Shown piece after piece: positions 20,619 to 29,578 of a stretch of DNA of 64,000 nt. Below the pieces are notes generated by a model. That model was not told the DNA's origin. It did no database searches and saw nothing but the letters and a program-made list of their open reading frames with translations. A program made the position numbers and the translations under genes. Numbering within the stretch: the stretch's first letter is position 1; each line of letters begins with the position of its first letter. Source of the stretch: a virus (lineage: Duplodnaviria; Caudoviricetes); IMG/VR virus record IMGVR_UViG_3300037418_002791, positions 1-64,000 of that record, one strand, 5' to 3'.

Positions 20619-21461
20619 ATGACTGACTCCGTGACGTGGACCGGAAGCGTGGTCTTCACCGGCGCGACCGATCCATTGCAAACCGGCGTCGCCACACTGA
20701 CCCTGACCCCGAGTGTCGGCCTGTCGAACCTGCCGGCGCTTGTGCAGGGTGACTCGGGCCTGCCTCCGGTGCTGAACTTCTCCACCACCACCTTGGCCGC
20801 CGGCGCGAGCGCCACCGTCACCGCGACGTTGGTCAGTCCCGGCGGCCCGGGCAGCGCGGCCGTGTACAACGTCGTGCTCGGCATTCCGCAGGGTGCGACC
20901 GGCGCCGCGGGCACCAACGCCACGATCAGCGGTGCGAGCGACCTCGAGGGCGGACCGCCCGGGGCCGGCACCGACGGCTATGTGATCGCCTGGAATCAGA
21001 CCGACGGCAAATGGAAGATCAGCCAGCCGCGCAAGACCTTCGGCCCGTACTCGGTGCAGAACGGCTCTTTCGCGACCGCCTACAACGGCAACCTAGGCTC
21101 GTATCAGGTTGCGTCGGTGGGTATTCCGGCGATGCCATACGCCTGGCGTCCGGTTGTGCACGCGGGCCTGTACGCCACAGGCACGGTCAACACCCACGTC
21201 GATCTGGTCTGCCGCCTCAACAACCCGAGCACCGGCGATATCGTCGGCTACGGACTCGGACAGACAGGCGTCGGGCCGTACCCGATCGTCTGCCAGCCGG
21301 CCTTCGGCTCGTCGATCGCCAGCGGGTCCACCTACGCGCAGGTCGCGGCCGGTAGCTCGGCAACGCTGTATCTGGTTGCGCAACAGATCAATTCGACGAC
21401 AGACAACTGGCAGACCGTGAACACCAACGGGTACTTCACGGTCGAGGTCGTGTCGGCCTGA
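20619..21461 (+). CDS. minor tail protein
   Basis: Synteny; short collagen-like GATGAAG; PYAWRPVV motif. Confidence 0.75.
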   Translation: MTDSVTWTGSVVFTGATDPLQTGVATLTLTPSVGLSNLPALVQGDSGLPPVLNFSTTTLAAGASATVTATLVSPGGPGSAAVYNVVLGIPQGATGAAGTNATISGASDLEGGPPGAGTDGYVIAWNQTDGKWKISQPRKTFGPYSVQNGSFATAYNGNLGSYQVASVGIPAMPYAWRPVVHAGLYATGTVNTHVDLVCRLNNPSTGDIVGYGLGQTGVGPYPIVCQPAFGSSIASGSTYAQVAAGSSATLYLVAQQINSTTDNWQTVNTNGYFTVEVVSA

Positions 21462-22552
21462 TGGCGGTACAGAGGACCGACCCCAGCATCGCCGGGGCCG
21501 GATACACGCCGTCGGTCAATTTCGGCGCATTCGGTACGGCGATTCTCGACGGGATCGGCGCGAACATCGTCGATGGCATCGCAGATATCGATATCCCGTT
21601 TCTCGGCCAACCGTTCGCCGGTTTGCACGCCTGGGCCAATCAGCTGCGTCAGGACGCCACCGATGCCGTGAACAACGCAATCGCCATCTCGCAGGGCGTC
21701 ACCGGAAACATCACCGGCTCAACGCAATCCGGCAATGCGTCCGACGTAGGCACATCGGTCGCGATTCTGAACAACACCGTTCAGTCGTCGAGCCAACCGC
21801 CGCAGACGGTGATCATCACCGCGACTCAGGACGTGACCGTGCCCACGGGGTGCCGCACGGTCGTCATGAACATTTTCGGTGGCTCAGGTGGCGGTGCCCG
21901 CGGGGCCGTCGTCTCCGGATCGGGTCTGGCCGGCGGCGCGGGCGGTGTCGGCGGCTGGCAGAAAGACCTCTCGCTGCCGACCTACTCACTGACAAGCACG
22001 CTGCATTGCGTCGTCGGCACCAAGGGAATCGGTGCCACCACCGACGGAACGGCCGGAACCGACGGAGGCACATCGTATGTGGCCAACGCCGCCGGCACGA
22101 CGATCTACGCGCAGGCGACCGGCGGCAAGGGTGGCAAGCCGATGATGTCGGGCAGTTCGAGCCCCGATTTCTCGACCCTGAACGGGGCGCCCGGATCTGG
22201 CAACGGCATCTCCTCGCTGCCGGGTACAACCGGCGGACATGGCGGCATCTACAACCTGGTGGCCGCTGCCGCCGGCGCGAACGGATTGAACGTCTCCGGC
22301 GGTAATGCCGGAAGCACGGGCGGCGGGAACGGCACGGCCGGCTCCGATGACAACTCCACTCTGATCCCCGGCAACGGCGGCTCGGGCGGAGGTGGAGGCG
22401 CTGCCGGCTCGTCTGGCAACGCCGGCAACGGGGCCCACGGTGGCCACCCAGCAGGCGCCGGCGGTGGTGGCGGGGCCTTTTACACATTCGGACAAAACGG
22501 CTCGGGCGGCGACGGCGCCGACGGCGAAATCTGGCTGACCTTCGTCTTTTAG
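21461..22552 (+). CDS. glycine-rich minor tail protein
   Basis: GGSGGG/GAGGGGG runs ending GADGEIWLTF. Confidence 0.75.
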   Translation: MAVQRTDPSIAGAGYTPSVNFGAFGTAILDGIGANIVDGIADIDIPFLGQPFAGLHAWANQLRQDATDAVNNAIAISQGVTGNITGSTQSGNASDVGTSVAILNNTVQSSSQPPQTVIITATQDVTVPTGCRTVVMNIFGGSGGGARGAVVSGSGLAGGAGGVGGWQKDLSLPTYSLTSTLHCVVGTKGIGATTDGTAGTDGGTSYVANAAGTTIYAQATGGKGGKPMMSGSSSPDFSTLNGAPGSGNGISSLPGTTGGHGGIYNLVAAAAGANGLNVSGGNAGSTGGGNGTAGSDDNSTLIPGNGGSGGGGGAAGSSGNAGNGAHGGHPAGAGGGGGAFYTFGQNGSGGDGADGEIWLTFVF

Positions 22553-22561
22553 GAACCACAC

Positions 22562-22804
22562 ATGCATCTCCCCGATTGGCACTGCGAAATCTGCCGCTGT
22601 TTCTCGATCCTCGGAGGCGAGGTGTCGGAGGCGGCTTACGAGAAGAACCAGCTGCGCATCGCCGAACACAAATCTCATCACGCCGATCAGCTCGAGGAGC
22701 ACGACGGCGATCACGAAGCCCTGAAATTCCGCCTCCGCTTCCCTGGCGCACACGCCGCCGTGCAGAAGGTGATGGCCGCCATGGAGGTGAGCACCGATGA
22801 CTGA
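22562..22804 (+). CDS. hypothetical protein
   Basis: RBS AGGAA; CxxC and His-rich. Confidence 0.55.
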   Translation: MHLPDWHCEICRCFSILGGEVSEAAYEKNQLRIAEHKSHHADQLEEHDGDHEALKFRLRFPGAHAAVQKVMAAMEVSTDD

Positions 22805-23732
22805 CTCGCTATTCGCTGATGTCTCCGAATTCCAAGTGCCGGTGGATGATTCGTATCCGTATCGGATCTTCAGCTTCCGGTCGAACGACGGCACATACGA
22901 AGACCACAACTTCTACCAGAACTACGCCTGGGCGTGCGCGGCGGCTGATGCCGGCCGGATCGACTGCTTCATCGTCTACTTCTACTGGCGCGCGAACTGG
23001 TCCGACACCGTGGCGACCCACATCCGCAAGGTGGAAAGCGCCGGCGGGCCGCATCCCAAGATGATCTCGATGATCGACGTCGAGTCCGGCGGTAATCCGG
23101 CCGGCGATCAGTCCGATGGGATCAACCGCGCCTACTGGGCGCTGACCGACTGGCTCGGCACCACGCAGCACGCCGGCACGCGCCGGGTCATCGGCTACGT
23201 CAATCGCCCCGACGCGGAGAACATGTGGCCCACGCGACCGGACGGCCTGCTGCTGATCGGTGCCGGATACGGCGCGAACCCCAACCTCCCCGGGCAGATC
23301 GCCCACCAATACACCGACGGTCAGGGCTATGGCGGCGGATTGCCCGAGGGCGCATCGCCTTTCGGCAACTGCGACATGAACTCGGCCGACGGACTCTCTT
23401 CCACCGACTTCGCCGCGCGCTGCGGCATTACAGGAGTAGACGACATGGCACTTTCCGACGACGACTTCAACCGGCTGACCAAGTGGTTCGCCGATTTCAT
23501 CATCGGCTACGTCGGGCCGATCGGTAGCGACGTCAAAGACGTCCGCGAGCAGCTGACCGGCTCGCGCAACACCTACTTCAACGCCGACGGCTCGGTGGAC
23601 GTGGCCAAGAGCTACCCGGGGTGGCCGCAGCTCGGCAACCGCACCGTGACCGACGCGATCGGCGCCGAGGGCTCGCGCAACGGCGTGCTCGGCGCGGTGG
23701 ACACCAACCCGCAGGCACAGCCCAAGCAGTAA
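22797..23732 (+). CDS. endolysin (lysin A), GH25 muramidase-like with actinophage C-terminal domain
   Basis: FADVSEFQ, RSNDG, MIDVESGGN, HQYTDG, CDMNSA; C-terminal YPGWPQLGNRTVTDAI. Confidence 0.85.
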   Translation: MTDSLFADVSEFQVPVDDSYPYRIFSFRSNDGTYEDHNFYQNYAWACAAADAGRIDCFIVYFYWRANWSDTVATHIRKVESAGGPHPKMISMIDVESGGNPAGDQSDGINRAYWALTDWLGTTQHAGTRRVIGYVNRPDAENMWPTRPDGLLLIGAGYGANPNLPGQIAHQYTDGQGYGGGLPEGASPFGNCDMNSADGLSSTDFAARCGITGVDDMALSDDDFNRLTKWFADFIIGYVGPIGSDVKDVREQLTGSRNTYFNADGSVDVAKSYPGWPQLGNRTVTDAIGAEGSRNGVLGAVDTNPQAQPKQ

Positions 23733-23759
23733 CGGCCGCAACGACTCTCGGAGAATTCC

Positions 23760-24497
23760 ATGGACATCAGCAAATACACCAAGGCCGTCGTATCCGTCGC
23801 CGGCGGCCTTCTCTCGTTCGTCACCGTACTGATCACCCTCGCCGATCTGCTGCCCTCGGATCTACAGTGGGTCACCGCGCTGGTGACGACCCTTGTCGGG
23901 TTCAGCTCCGCCGTCACCGCCTTCCTGGTGTGGCTGGCGCGCAACGAGCCGGCCATCGAGCAGGACGCCGCCGCGATCGGTGAGGTCGCCAAGGACGTGA
24001 AGACCCTCATCGATCACGCCAAGGACGTCAAGGACTGGCGCTCGGATGTGAACGCGCTGCTGCATTCGCCGCTGAACCTGCTGACCGACGCCAAGCGGAT
24101 CGGCGAGGAACTGGCCGCACTGCCCGAGGCCGTGAAGAAGGTTGTGGCCGAGGCGAAGTCGCAGCCGGTGCAGGCCGCCAGCGACGCCATCGCCGTGGCG
24201 CACGAGATCACCGACGCGGCGGCCGACGCGGTGAGCACCGTGCAGTCCGCCGGGGCACAGCCTTTGGCGGGCGTAGTGGAGACGGCGGCCGATATCGCCG
24301 CCTCGGCCGTCCAGGTTGCCGCATCGGTGGCTCCGGCGCCGGTGGTGCAGGCGGTAGAGACTGCCGTGGCTCCGGTGACGGCCATAGCGCAGAAGGTCGA
24401 AGCGGCTGCCGCGCCGGTTGTTTCGGCGGTGGAGCAGGTCGCCGGCCCGGTTCTCAACTCGGTTGAGGACATCTTGAAGGCGAACCCCATCCGGTGA
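23760..24497 (+). CDS. putative holin (2 N-terminal TM helices, long Ala/Val-rich tail)
   Basis: SKYTKAVVSVAGGLL; two hydrophobic segments; directly after endolysin. Confidence 0.65.
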   Translation: MDISKYTKAVVSVAGGLLSFVTVLITLADLLPSDLQWVTALVTTLVGFSSAVTAFLVWLARNEPAIEQDAAAIGEVAKDVKTLIDHAKDVKDWRSDVNALLHSPLNLLTDAKRIGEELAALPEAVKKVVAEAKSQPVQAASDAIAVAHEITDAAADAVSTVQSAGAQPLAGVVETAADIAASAVQVAASVAPAPVVQAVETAVAPVTAIAQKVEAAAAPVVSAVEQVAGPVLNSVEDILKANPIR

Positions 24498-24853
24498 GCT
24501 GGGCGGAAATCGTCACCTCGGCCGTCGGTCTCCTGTCGGGGGCCGGCGGCTCCGAACTCTTCCGGTTCTGGAGAGCGCGCTCTCGTGACGACGCAGAGAA
24601 CCATCGCGACATCGCCGCTGCCGCCGATTCGATCGCCGATGCCGCCTCGAAGTTGATCGCCCCGTATGTCGAGGAAGTGACTCAGCTTCGCAACGAGGTG
24701 GCGGAGCTGAAGACCGAGATGACCAACAGCCGCAGCCTGCTGCAGCAGGCGCTGACCGTGATCCGCGACTTCCTCGCCGTCGCCCGCGAGCACAGCTGGC
24801 CCACTCCGAGGATGTCTCCCGAGCTGCTGGCGGAGGTGGAAAAGGGCCAATGA
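24494..24853 (+). CDS. membrane-anchored coiled-coil protein of the lysis cassette
   Basis: N-terminal hydrophobic segment then heptad coiled coil; typical post-holin gene. Confidence 0.6.
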   Translation: MSWAEIVTSAVGLLSGAGGSELFRFWRARSRDDAENHRDIAAAADSIADAASKLIAPYVEEVTQLRNEVAELKTEMTNSRSLLQQALTVIRDFLAVAREHSWPTPRMSPELLAEVEKGQ

Positions 24854-26904
24854 GCATCCCCAAAGGTGTTGCCTCCGTCGAGGTTGCCTGCCTGCCCGGC
24901 TCGGTGTCGAGTCCGATCGTACGGGTCAAGGTCCAGGTCACGCCGAACGTCTCGGCGAAGTGGCAGACGACCGGTCAATCGCTCGCCTCGATGTGCAACG
25001 AGAGTCCGTTGCCCGGATTCGTCATGCTGCCCGCAGTCGATCAGTCCGGCTTCGTCAACGACGCCGGCAGCGGTGTGACGAACTGGTCCTACAACGTCAT
25101 CACCGATTACACGCTGTCGGACGGCACGGTGGGGCAGGAGACCGGCACCATCCAGGTCTTCGCCTACCAATCGCCGGAGGTCGTCTGGCTCAACACCGCG
25201 GGCGGGGAATTCGTTACGCCGCAGACCTACCCGATCGGCGGCCTCGCGGTCAACGGCTGGGTAGAGACGTATGCGGATCTGCCGGCCGATCTGGATCTGT
25301 CCGATGCCGGCAAGTCGTACATGGTGCAGGCCGATCAGCGGATGTACATCTGGTCTGGGGCCGCGTGGCCGCCGAACGGTCAGGGGTTCGCCGCGACCGG
25401 GCCGCAGGGCCCGACGGGAGCCACCGGCGCGGTCGGACCAGCGAACACGCTGTCGGTCGGAACGGTGCAGACCGGCTCGCCGATCGCGATCACCATTTCC
25501 GGCACCGCACCGAACCAGACGATCGATTTCACTCTGCCCGAGGGGCACTGGTGGACGGGCGCGGGCAATCCGGGCACGATCTCGGCCGCGCTGAACGGCG
25601 ACCTGTATCTGGACAACACCGGCACCGGCAACGTCTGGCAGCTGCAGTCCGGCACCTGGGTATCGCAAGGCTCGCTGTTGGGACCGACCGGGCCGACGGG
25701 CGCGACCGGGCCGGCGAACTCGCTGTCGATCGGCACCGTCACCTCCGGCGCGTCGCCGAGTGCGACGATCACCGGCACCGCGCCGAACCAAGTGCTCAAC
25801 CTAGTCATGCAGCAGGGTGCCACCGGGGCCACGGGCGCATCGACGACGTGGCGCCAGGGTAGCGGCGCTCCGGCGGCCGGCCTGGGCAACAACGGGGACA
25901 TGTACCTCAACGGTGCCAACGGCGATGTCTATGGCCCCAAGGCTTCCGGCGCGTGGGGATCTCCGGTCGCCAATATCGTCGGGCCGTCGGCGCCGCAGGC
26001 CACCGCGAGCACTCAGGGCACGATCCAACTCGGTGGGGGAGACCTCGGCGGTACCGCCACCGCAGTCACGGTGCCAGGTCTGGCGAACAAGGCCAACACC
26101 ACGACGACGATCACCGCAGGAACCGGACTCACCGGCGGAGGCGATCTGTCGGCCAACCGCACGCTGGCAGTCTCCTACGGCACGACCGCGGGTACGGCCG
26201 CCCAGGGCAACGACACTCGCATCACCGGTGCCGTGCAGTCCACTCGCCAAGTCATCGCCGGCACCGGACTGTCGGGCGGCGGGGATCTGTCGGCGGATCG
26301 CACACTCGCGGTCAGCTACGGCACGACCGCCGGGACAGCGGCACAGGGCAACGACTCTCGCATCACGGGCGCGGTGCAAACCACTCGACAGGTCATCGCG
26401 GGTACCGGACTCACCGGCGGCGGCGATCTGTCCGCGGACCGGACACTGACTGTGGCCTACGGGACCACGAGCACAACCGCCTGCGTCGGCAACGACTCGC
26501 GGCTGTCCAATACCCGTACACCGTCGTCCAACACCGTCCCGTGCGACTTTATGTACGTCGCGGTCGGGCCGTCGACTGCCCGGGCCATCGGCAACGGTGA
26601 CTGGACCGTGGACATGTACGTCGGTCGTGCGTTCACCGCGACCTCGGCGGTCTACCAGTTCGAGACGGCCGACGCCTCGGGCAGTACCAGCGCCACCATT
26701 CGGCGCAACGGAACGGCCGTCACCAACGCGGGAGTCACTGTCACGGCCGCGAATCAGGCCGATGGGTCTAGCACTGACTCGGCGCGGACGGCGACCTTCT
26801 CCCAATCCTTCGCGGTGGGCGACCGATTCGGCGTGAACATCACGGCCGTCGGCACCACGCCGGGCAAGGGCCTGAAGGTCTGGATCTTCGGAACGTGGAA
26901 CTGA
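24850..26904 (+). CDS. tail fibre-like protein (collagen-like GXY segments, three 47-aa repeats)
   Basis: GPQGPTGATG; STQGTIQLGGGDLGGTA; repeats AGTGLTGGGDLSANRTLAV. Confidence 0.7.
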   Translation: MSIPKGVASVEVACLPGSVSSPIVRVKVQVTPNVSAKWQTTGQSLASMCNESPLPGFVMLPAVDQSGFVNDAGSGVTNWSYNVITDYTLSDGTVGQETGTIQVFAYQSPEVVWLNTAGGEFVTPQTYPIGGLAVNGWVETYADLPADLDLSDAGKSYMVQADQRMYIWSGAAWPPNGQGFAATGPQGPTGATGAVGPANTLSVGTVQTGSPIAITISGTAPNQTIDFTLPEGHWWTGAGNPGTISAALNGDLYLDNTGTGNVWQLQSGTWVSQGSLLGPTGPTGATGPANSLSIGTVTSGASPSATITGTAPNQVLNLVMQQGATGATGASTTWRQGSGAPAAGLGNNGDMYLNGANGDVYGPKASGAWGSPVANIVGPSAPQATASTQGTIQLGGGDLGGTATAVTVPGLANKANTTTTITAGTGLTGGGDLSANRTLAVSYGTTAGTAAQGNDTRITGAVQSTRQVIAGTGLSGGGDLSADRTLAVSYGTTAGTAAQGNDSRITGAVQTTRQVIAGTGLTGGGDLSADRTLTVAYGTTSTTACVGNDSRLSNTRTPSSNTVPCDFMYVAVGPSTARAIGNGDWTVDMYVGRAFTATSAVYQFETADASGSTSATIRRNGTAVTNAGVTVTAANQADGSSTDSARTATFSQSFAVGDRFGVNITAVGTTPGKGLKVWIFGTWN
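26116..26505 (+). repeat. three 141-bp intragenic tandem repeats
   Basis: Units start at 26116, 26257, 26398; the third is truncated. Confidence 0.85.
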
Positions 26905-26905
26905 C

Positions 26906-27328
26906 GTGTTCGTAGTCCGTTCCAACTCGCCGGCCTTCCGCGCGTCGGGCATGACCGAGGGAAGTTCGTTCACCCTTCCCTCGGCCTACACCACGGTTAC
27001 CGGCTGGGTCGCCGACACCTCCCACTATCCGGGCAGCACCGTCAGCTCCAACGGCTTGGTGGTGCAGAACACCAAGACCGGCGCGGTCATCACCTGCAAC
27101 GTGGGCTACACCAGCTCGTTCGCGATGACGGTGACACTGAGGCTGTTTCAGAACGGGACGCAGATCGCGCAGGGATCAGCCACCGCTTCGGCGACCAGCG
27201 GTACGGCGACGGTCTCGGCGACCGTGAATGTCACCGCCGGAGATGTGATCACCGTGCAGGCCAGTGCCTCGCAGAACAATTTTGGTTCCACGACGACCGG
27301 AGCCGCAACGTTCATGACCATCGTCTAG
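26906..27328 (+). CDS. beta-rich virion-associated protein
   Basis: Thr/Ser-rich; follows the fibre gene; ends at terminator. Confidence 0.6.
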   Translation: MFVVRSNSPAFRASGMTEGSSFTLPSAYTTVTGWVADTSHYPGSTVSSNGLVVQNTKTGAVITCNVGYTSSFAMTVTLRLFQNGTQIAQGSATASATSGTATVSATVNVTAGDVITVQASASQNNFGSTTTGAATFMTIV

Positions 27329-27357
27329 CCCGCGCGCTACCTGCGGGCGGTTATAGG

Positions 27358-27401
27358 AAGACCCCCACTCTCGCCGATCGCGGTGAGAGTGGGGGTCTTT
27401 T
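27358..27401. terminator. bidirectional intrinsic terminator
   Basis: AAGACCCCCACTCTC / GAGAGTGGGGGTCTT stem plus T-run, between convergent genes. Confidence 0.85.
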
Positions 27402-27408
27402 CGCGTGT

Positions 27409-27861
27409 CTAGGCGGTTTCCGGCAGTGTCACGCCGGGCGGCAGCCACTCCGGCGGGCCGTCGGCGATCACGACCTTGTGCGGGGTGTCCGGCTTGTAGA
27501 TGTGCTCGAACGGCTGCTTGTCGTCGGAGATCCACGGATCTTTCATGATCATCCGCCCGCACTCGCCGCAATGCTTGTCCGCGATGAGGTATCGCTCCGG
27601 ATGCTTGCGCGCCTGGCTGATCTTGGTGACGGCCTTGCCGAGCCACAGTCCCATGCCCAGCAGCGCGAGGTTGATGGCGTAGGCCACGACGGTGCCCACG
27701 GTCCCGCCGATGCCCATCAGCACGGCCATCACGATGAACATCATGAACCACAGCGCGGTGAAGATCAGTCCGACCTTGATGAAGGTCCACAGGCTGTCCG
27801 CGACGTAGAACGTCAGCAAGATCAGCACGGCGGCTGTGATGAGAGTGGTGGCGGCGAACAT
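27409..27861 (-). CDS. multi-TM membrane protein
   Basis: ATG at 27861; three hydrophobic helices then CGECG. Confidence 0.65.
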   Translation of the reverse strand: MFAATTLITAAVLILLTFYVADSLWTFIKVGLIFTALWFMMFIVMAVLMGIGGTVGTVVAYAINLALLGMGLWLGKAVTKISQARKHPERYLIADKHCGECGRMIMKDPWISDDKQPFEHIYKPDTPHKVVIADGPPEWLPPGVTLPETA

Positions 27862-27978
27862 GGTTGGGCTACCGGCCTTTCGGTGGAGTGAGCGGAATGC
27901 CCGCCCCGCCGGCCCCGCTGTTGTTCTAATTTTGACCTGGGCCGATCTCGGAAGCAACCATCCGAAAACGGACAAAAT

Positions 27979-28196
27979 GGGTGGAGGTTCAGGGTGGAGG
28001 TGGAGGTGGAGGTTTTCCCCGAAACAGCCCGAATCCCAAGAGTTAGTAAAATCTGCTCTATGTGACTCGGGGCACAGAGCTGTAAACCTGCTGGTAGAAA
28101 AGATACTTATACTAACTAAGTATCTATTATTTTACGCGCGCGCGGACGAATTTCGGGTTTGCCCAAAAACCTCCACCTCCACCTCCACCCCTCCAC
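27979..28196. other. replication-origin-like element (copy 1)
   Basis: 25-bp perfect inverted repeat of GGAGGT iterons (27992-28016 / 28166-28190) around an AT-rich core. Confidence 0.6.
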
Positions 28197-28232
28197 GTAA
28201 AGCTCTACTTGAGGGTTGGGGTTGCCCGGCGG

Positions 28233-28418
28233 TCAGCACAGGGTGAGAACCTGTTGCACTTCGACGGCGAGGGTTACCAGCTTGGAATGCGGCATCGTAA
28301 TCAGCCATTGGAGGTCGGTCTCCGGGTCGAGTCCGAATTGCGCGGCATGCTTTACAAGATCGCGCAGGAACTTCATCCCTGGATAGCTGCAGTCTTCACA
28401 CCCCATCATCGAACCCAC
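28233..28418 (-). CDS. hypothetical protein
   Basis: ORF with CxxC in leftward operon. Confidence 0.35.
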   Translation of the reverse strand: MGSMMGCEDCSYPGMKFLRDLVKHAAQFGLDPETDLQWLITMPHSKLVTLAVEVQQVLTLC

Positions 28419-28743
28419 ACCCGTTCTTGCGGTCTGCCCAACCGCTTCGTTGGGCTAGCGAAATAATTACGCCAGCTAAATCTTCGATTGAGCGGACAAC
28501 GTTACCCAAAAAACCGGTCGGTAGCATTTCGATCACATAACACAGTTTGCGCCGGTCAGATGGGGTACCTGACGCATCACCTTCTCGTGCAATTGCATTG
28601 CAAATCGCATCCGCAATCGCATCTGCAAGTACATCTGCAAGTGCAGTGAACGGTGTTAGGCATGACAAAACCCCCGCAGCGAGTGTCGGTTCCCGAACAA
28701 CATTCAATCCGTTGAGCGCGAAGCCCTGCTCGGGTTCGGCCAC
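28396..28743 (-). CDS. hypothetical protein (doubtful)
   Basis: Atypical composition; contains 4-aa repeats ADVL-ADAI-ADAI. Confidence 0.3.
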   Translation of the reverse strand: MAEPEQGFALNGLNVVREPTLAAGVLSCLTPFTALADVLADAIADAICNAIAREGDASGTPSDRRKLCYVIEMLPTGFLGNVVRSIEDLAGVIISLAQRSGWADRKNGCGFDDGV

Positions 28744-28786
28744 CTGATTTGTTGGTTGGGTGCTGTGGGGGTTCTGCCGTTGTGCC

Positions 28787-28972
28787 AGCGGATGAGGTCT
28801 TGCAAGGCAACGCCAGTGAGACTGGAATTGACTACCTCATCCGCTCGCCCGCCGGGGGAGGGGTACGGGTATCACCCGGCGGGACGTTGGGAAGGAAGAC
28901 CCTCGGCCGGACTCCGGCGAAGGGCTGACCGAGGGTCTTCCGCACCAGACATCCTTCTGGGGACATCTGGTG
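28787..28972. ncRNA. candidate structured RNA: four adjacent stem-loops
   Basis: Perfect stems of 12, 9, 13 and 7 bp separated by only 1-10 nt; no credible ORF. Confidence 0.45.
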
Positions 28973-28984
28973 AGTCTTTTGTGG

Positions 28985-29311
28985 TTACGCTCCGGTCAGC
29001 GCGAAACTAATTGCGCACTTCGGGCATTCGGCCTTCGGATGGTCGTGGCCGAGTGCGTTGAGCGCGTTGCGATACATGCGCATCTTGTCGCAGGTGAAGA
29101 CGGTGCAATCGTCATGCACGTGATCGGCGAGTTCGTCATGCAGAGCGTATGGCGAACGCCAGATGGGGTTGTACCACCAGTCGCCCTTGAGTTTCCATTG
29201 CTGGCCGTCCCAGCGGTAACACTTCAACTGCGCCGACAGCGCTTCCTCGAAAGAGGGGCGATCGAAGCGCGGCTCGGACGAATCGTCCTGCGGCTCTTGG
29301 AAGTCGTACAT
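28985..29311 (-). CDS. small His/Cys (putative Zn-binding) protein
   Basis: H..HxxCxxxxC..R..R..L plus GHDHPKAECPKC. Confidence 0.7.
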   Translation of the reverse strand: MYDFQEPQDDSSEPRFDRPSFEEALSAQLKCYRWDGQQWKLKGDWWYNPIWRSPYALHDELADHVHDDCTVFTCDKMRMYRNALNALGHDHPKAECPKCAISFALTGA

Positions 29312-29338
29312 GTGGCCCTCCCTGAATCGACGGGCAGT

Positions 29339-29578
29339 CTAAGCCGAGAACCCGCGGGGCTGAGGCTCCGCATAGGCCGGTGAACATCTGGGGCAGTCGG
29401 ACTTCGGGTGATCGTGCCCGAGTGACCTGAGGGCCTTGCGGTATTCGCGCAGCACCTCGCAGTTGTCTTCGGTGCACCCGCTGTGCAGTTCCTTGTCCAA
29501 CTCTTCGTGCAGCCGGCTGGGTTCGGTATAGACGAGAAAGACTTGGTGCTGAATAGGATTGCCCAACTGCTCACTCAC
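29339..29578 (-). CDS. small His/Cys protein, paralogue of 28985..29311
   Basis: LHSGCTEDNCEVLREYRKALRSLGHDHPKSDCPRC. Confidence 0.7.
   Translation of the reverse strand: MSEQLGNPIQHQVFLVYTEPSRLHEELDKELHSGCTEDNCEVLREYRKALRSLGHDHPKSDCPRCSPAYAEPQPRGFSA

Noticed and set aside
24850-26904. Diversity-generating retroelement acting on the fibre gene
   Set aside because: Repeats are intragenic tandem units, with no adenine-specific TR/VR pair and no reverse transcriptase in the window
28848-28890. HDV-like/theta ribozyme in the hairpin array or after the tRNA mimics
   Set aside because: Could not build P3/L3 and P2 of the nested double pseudoknot on either strand
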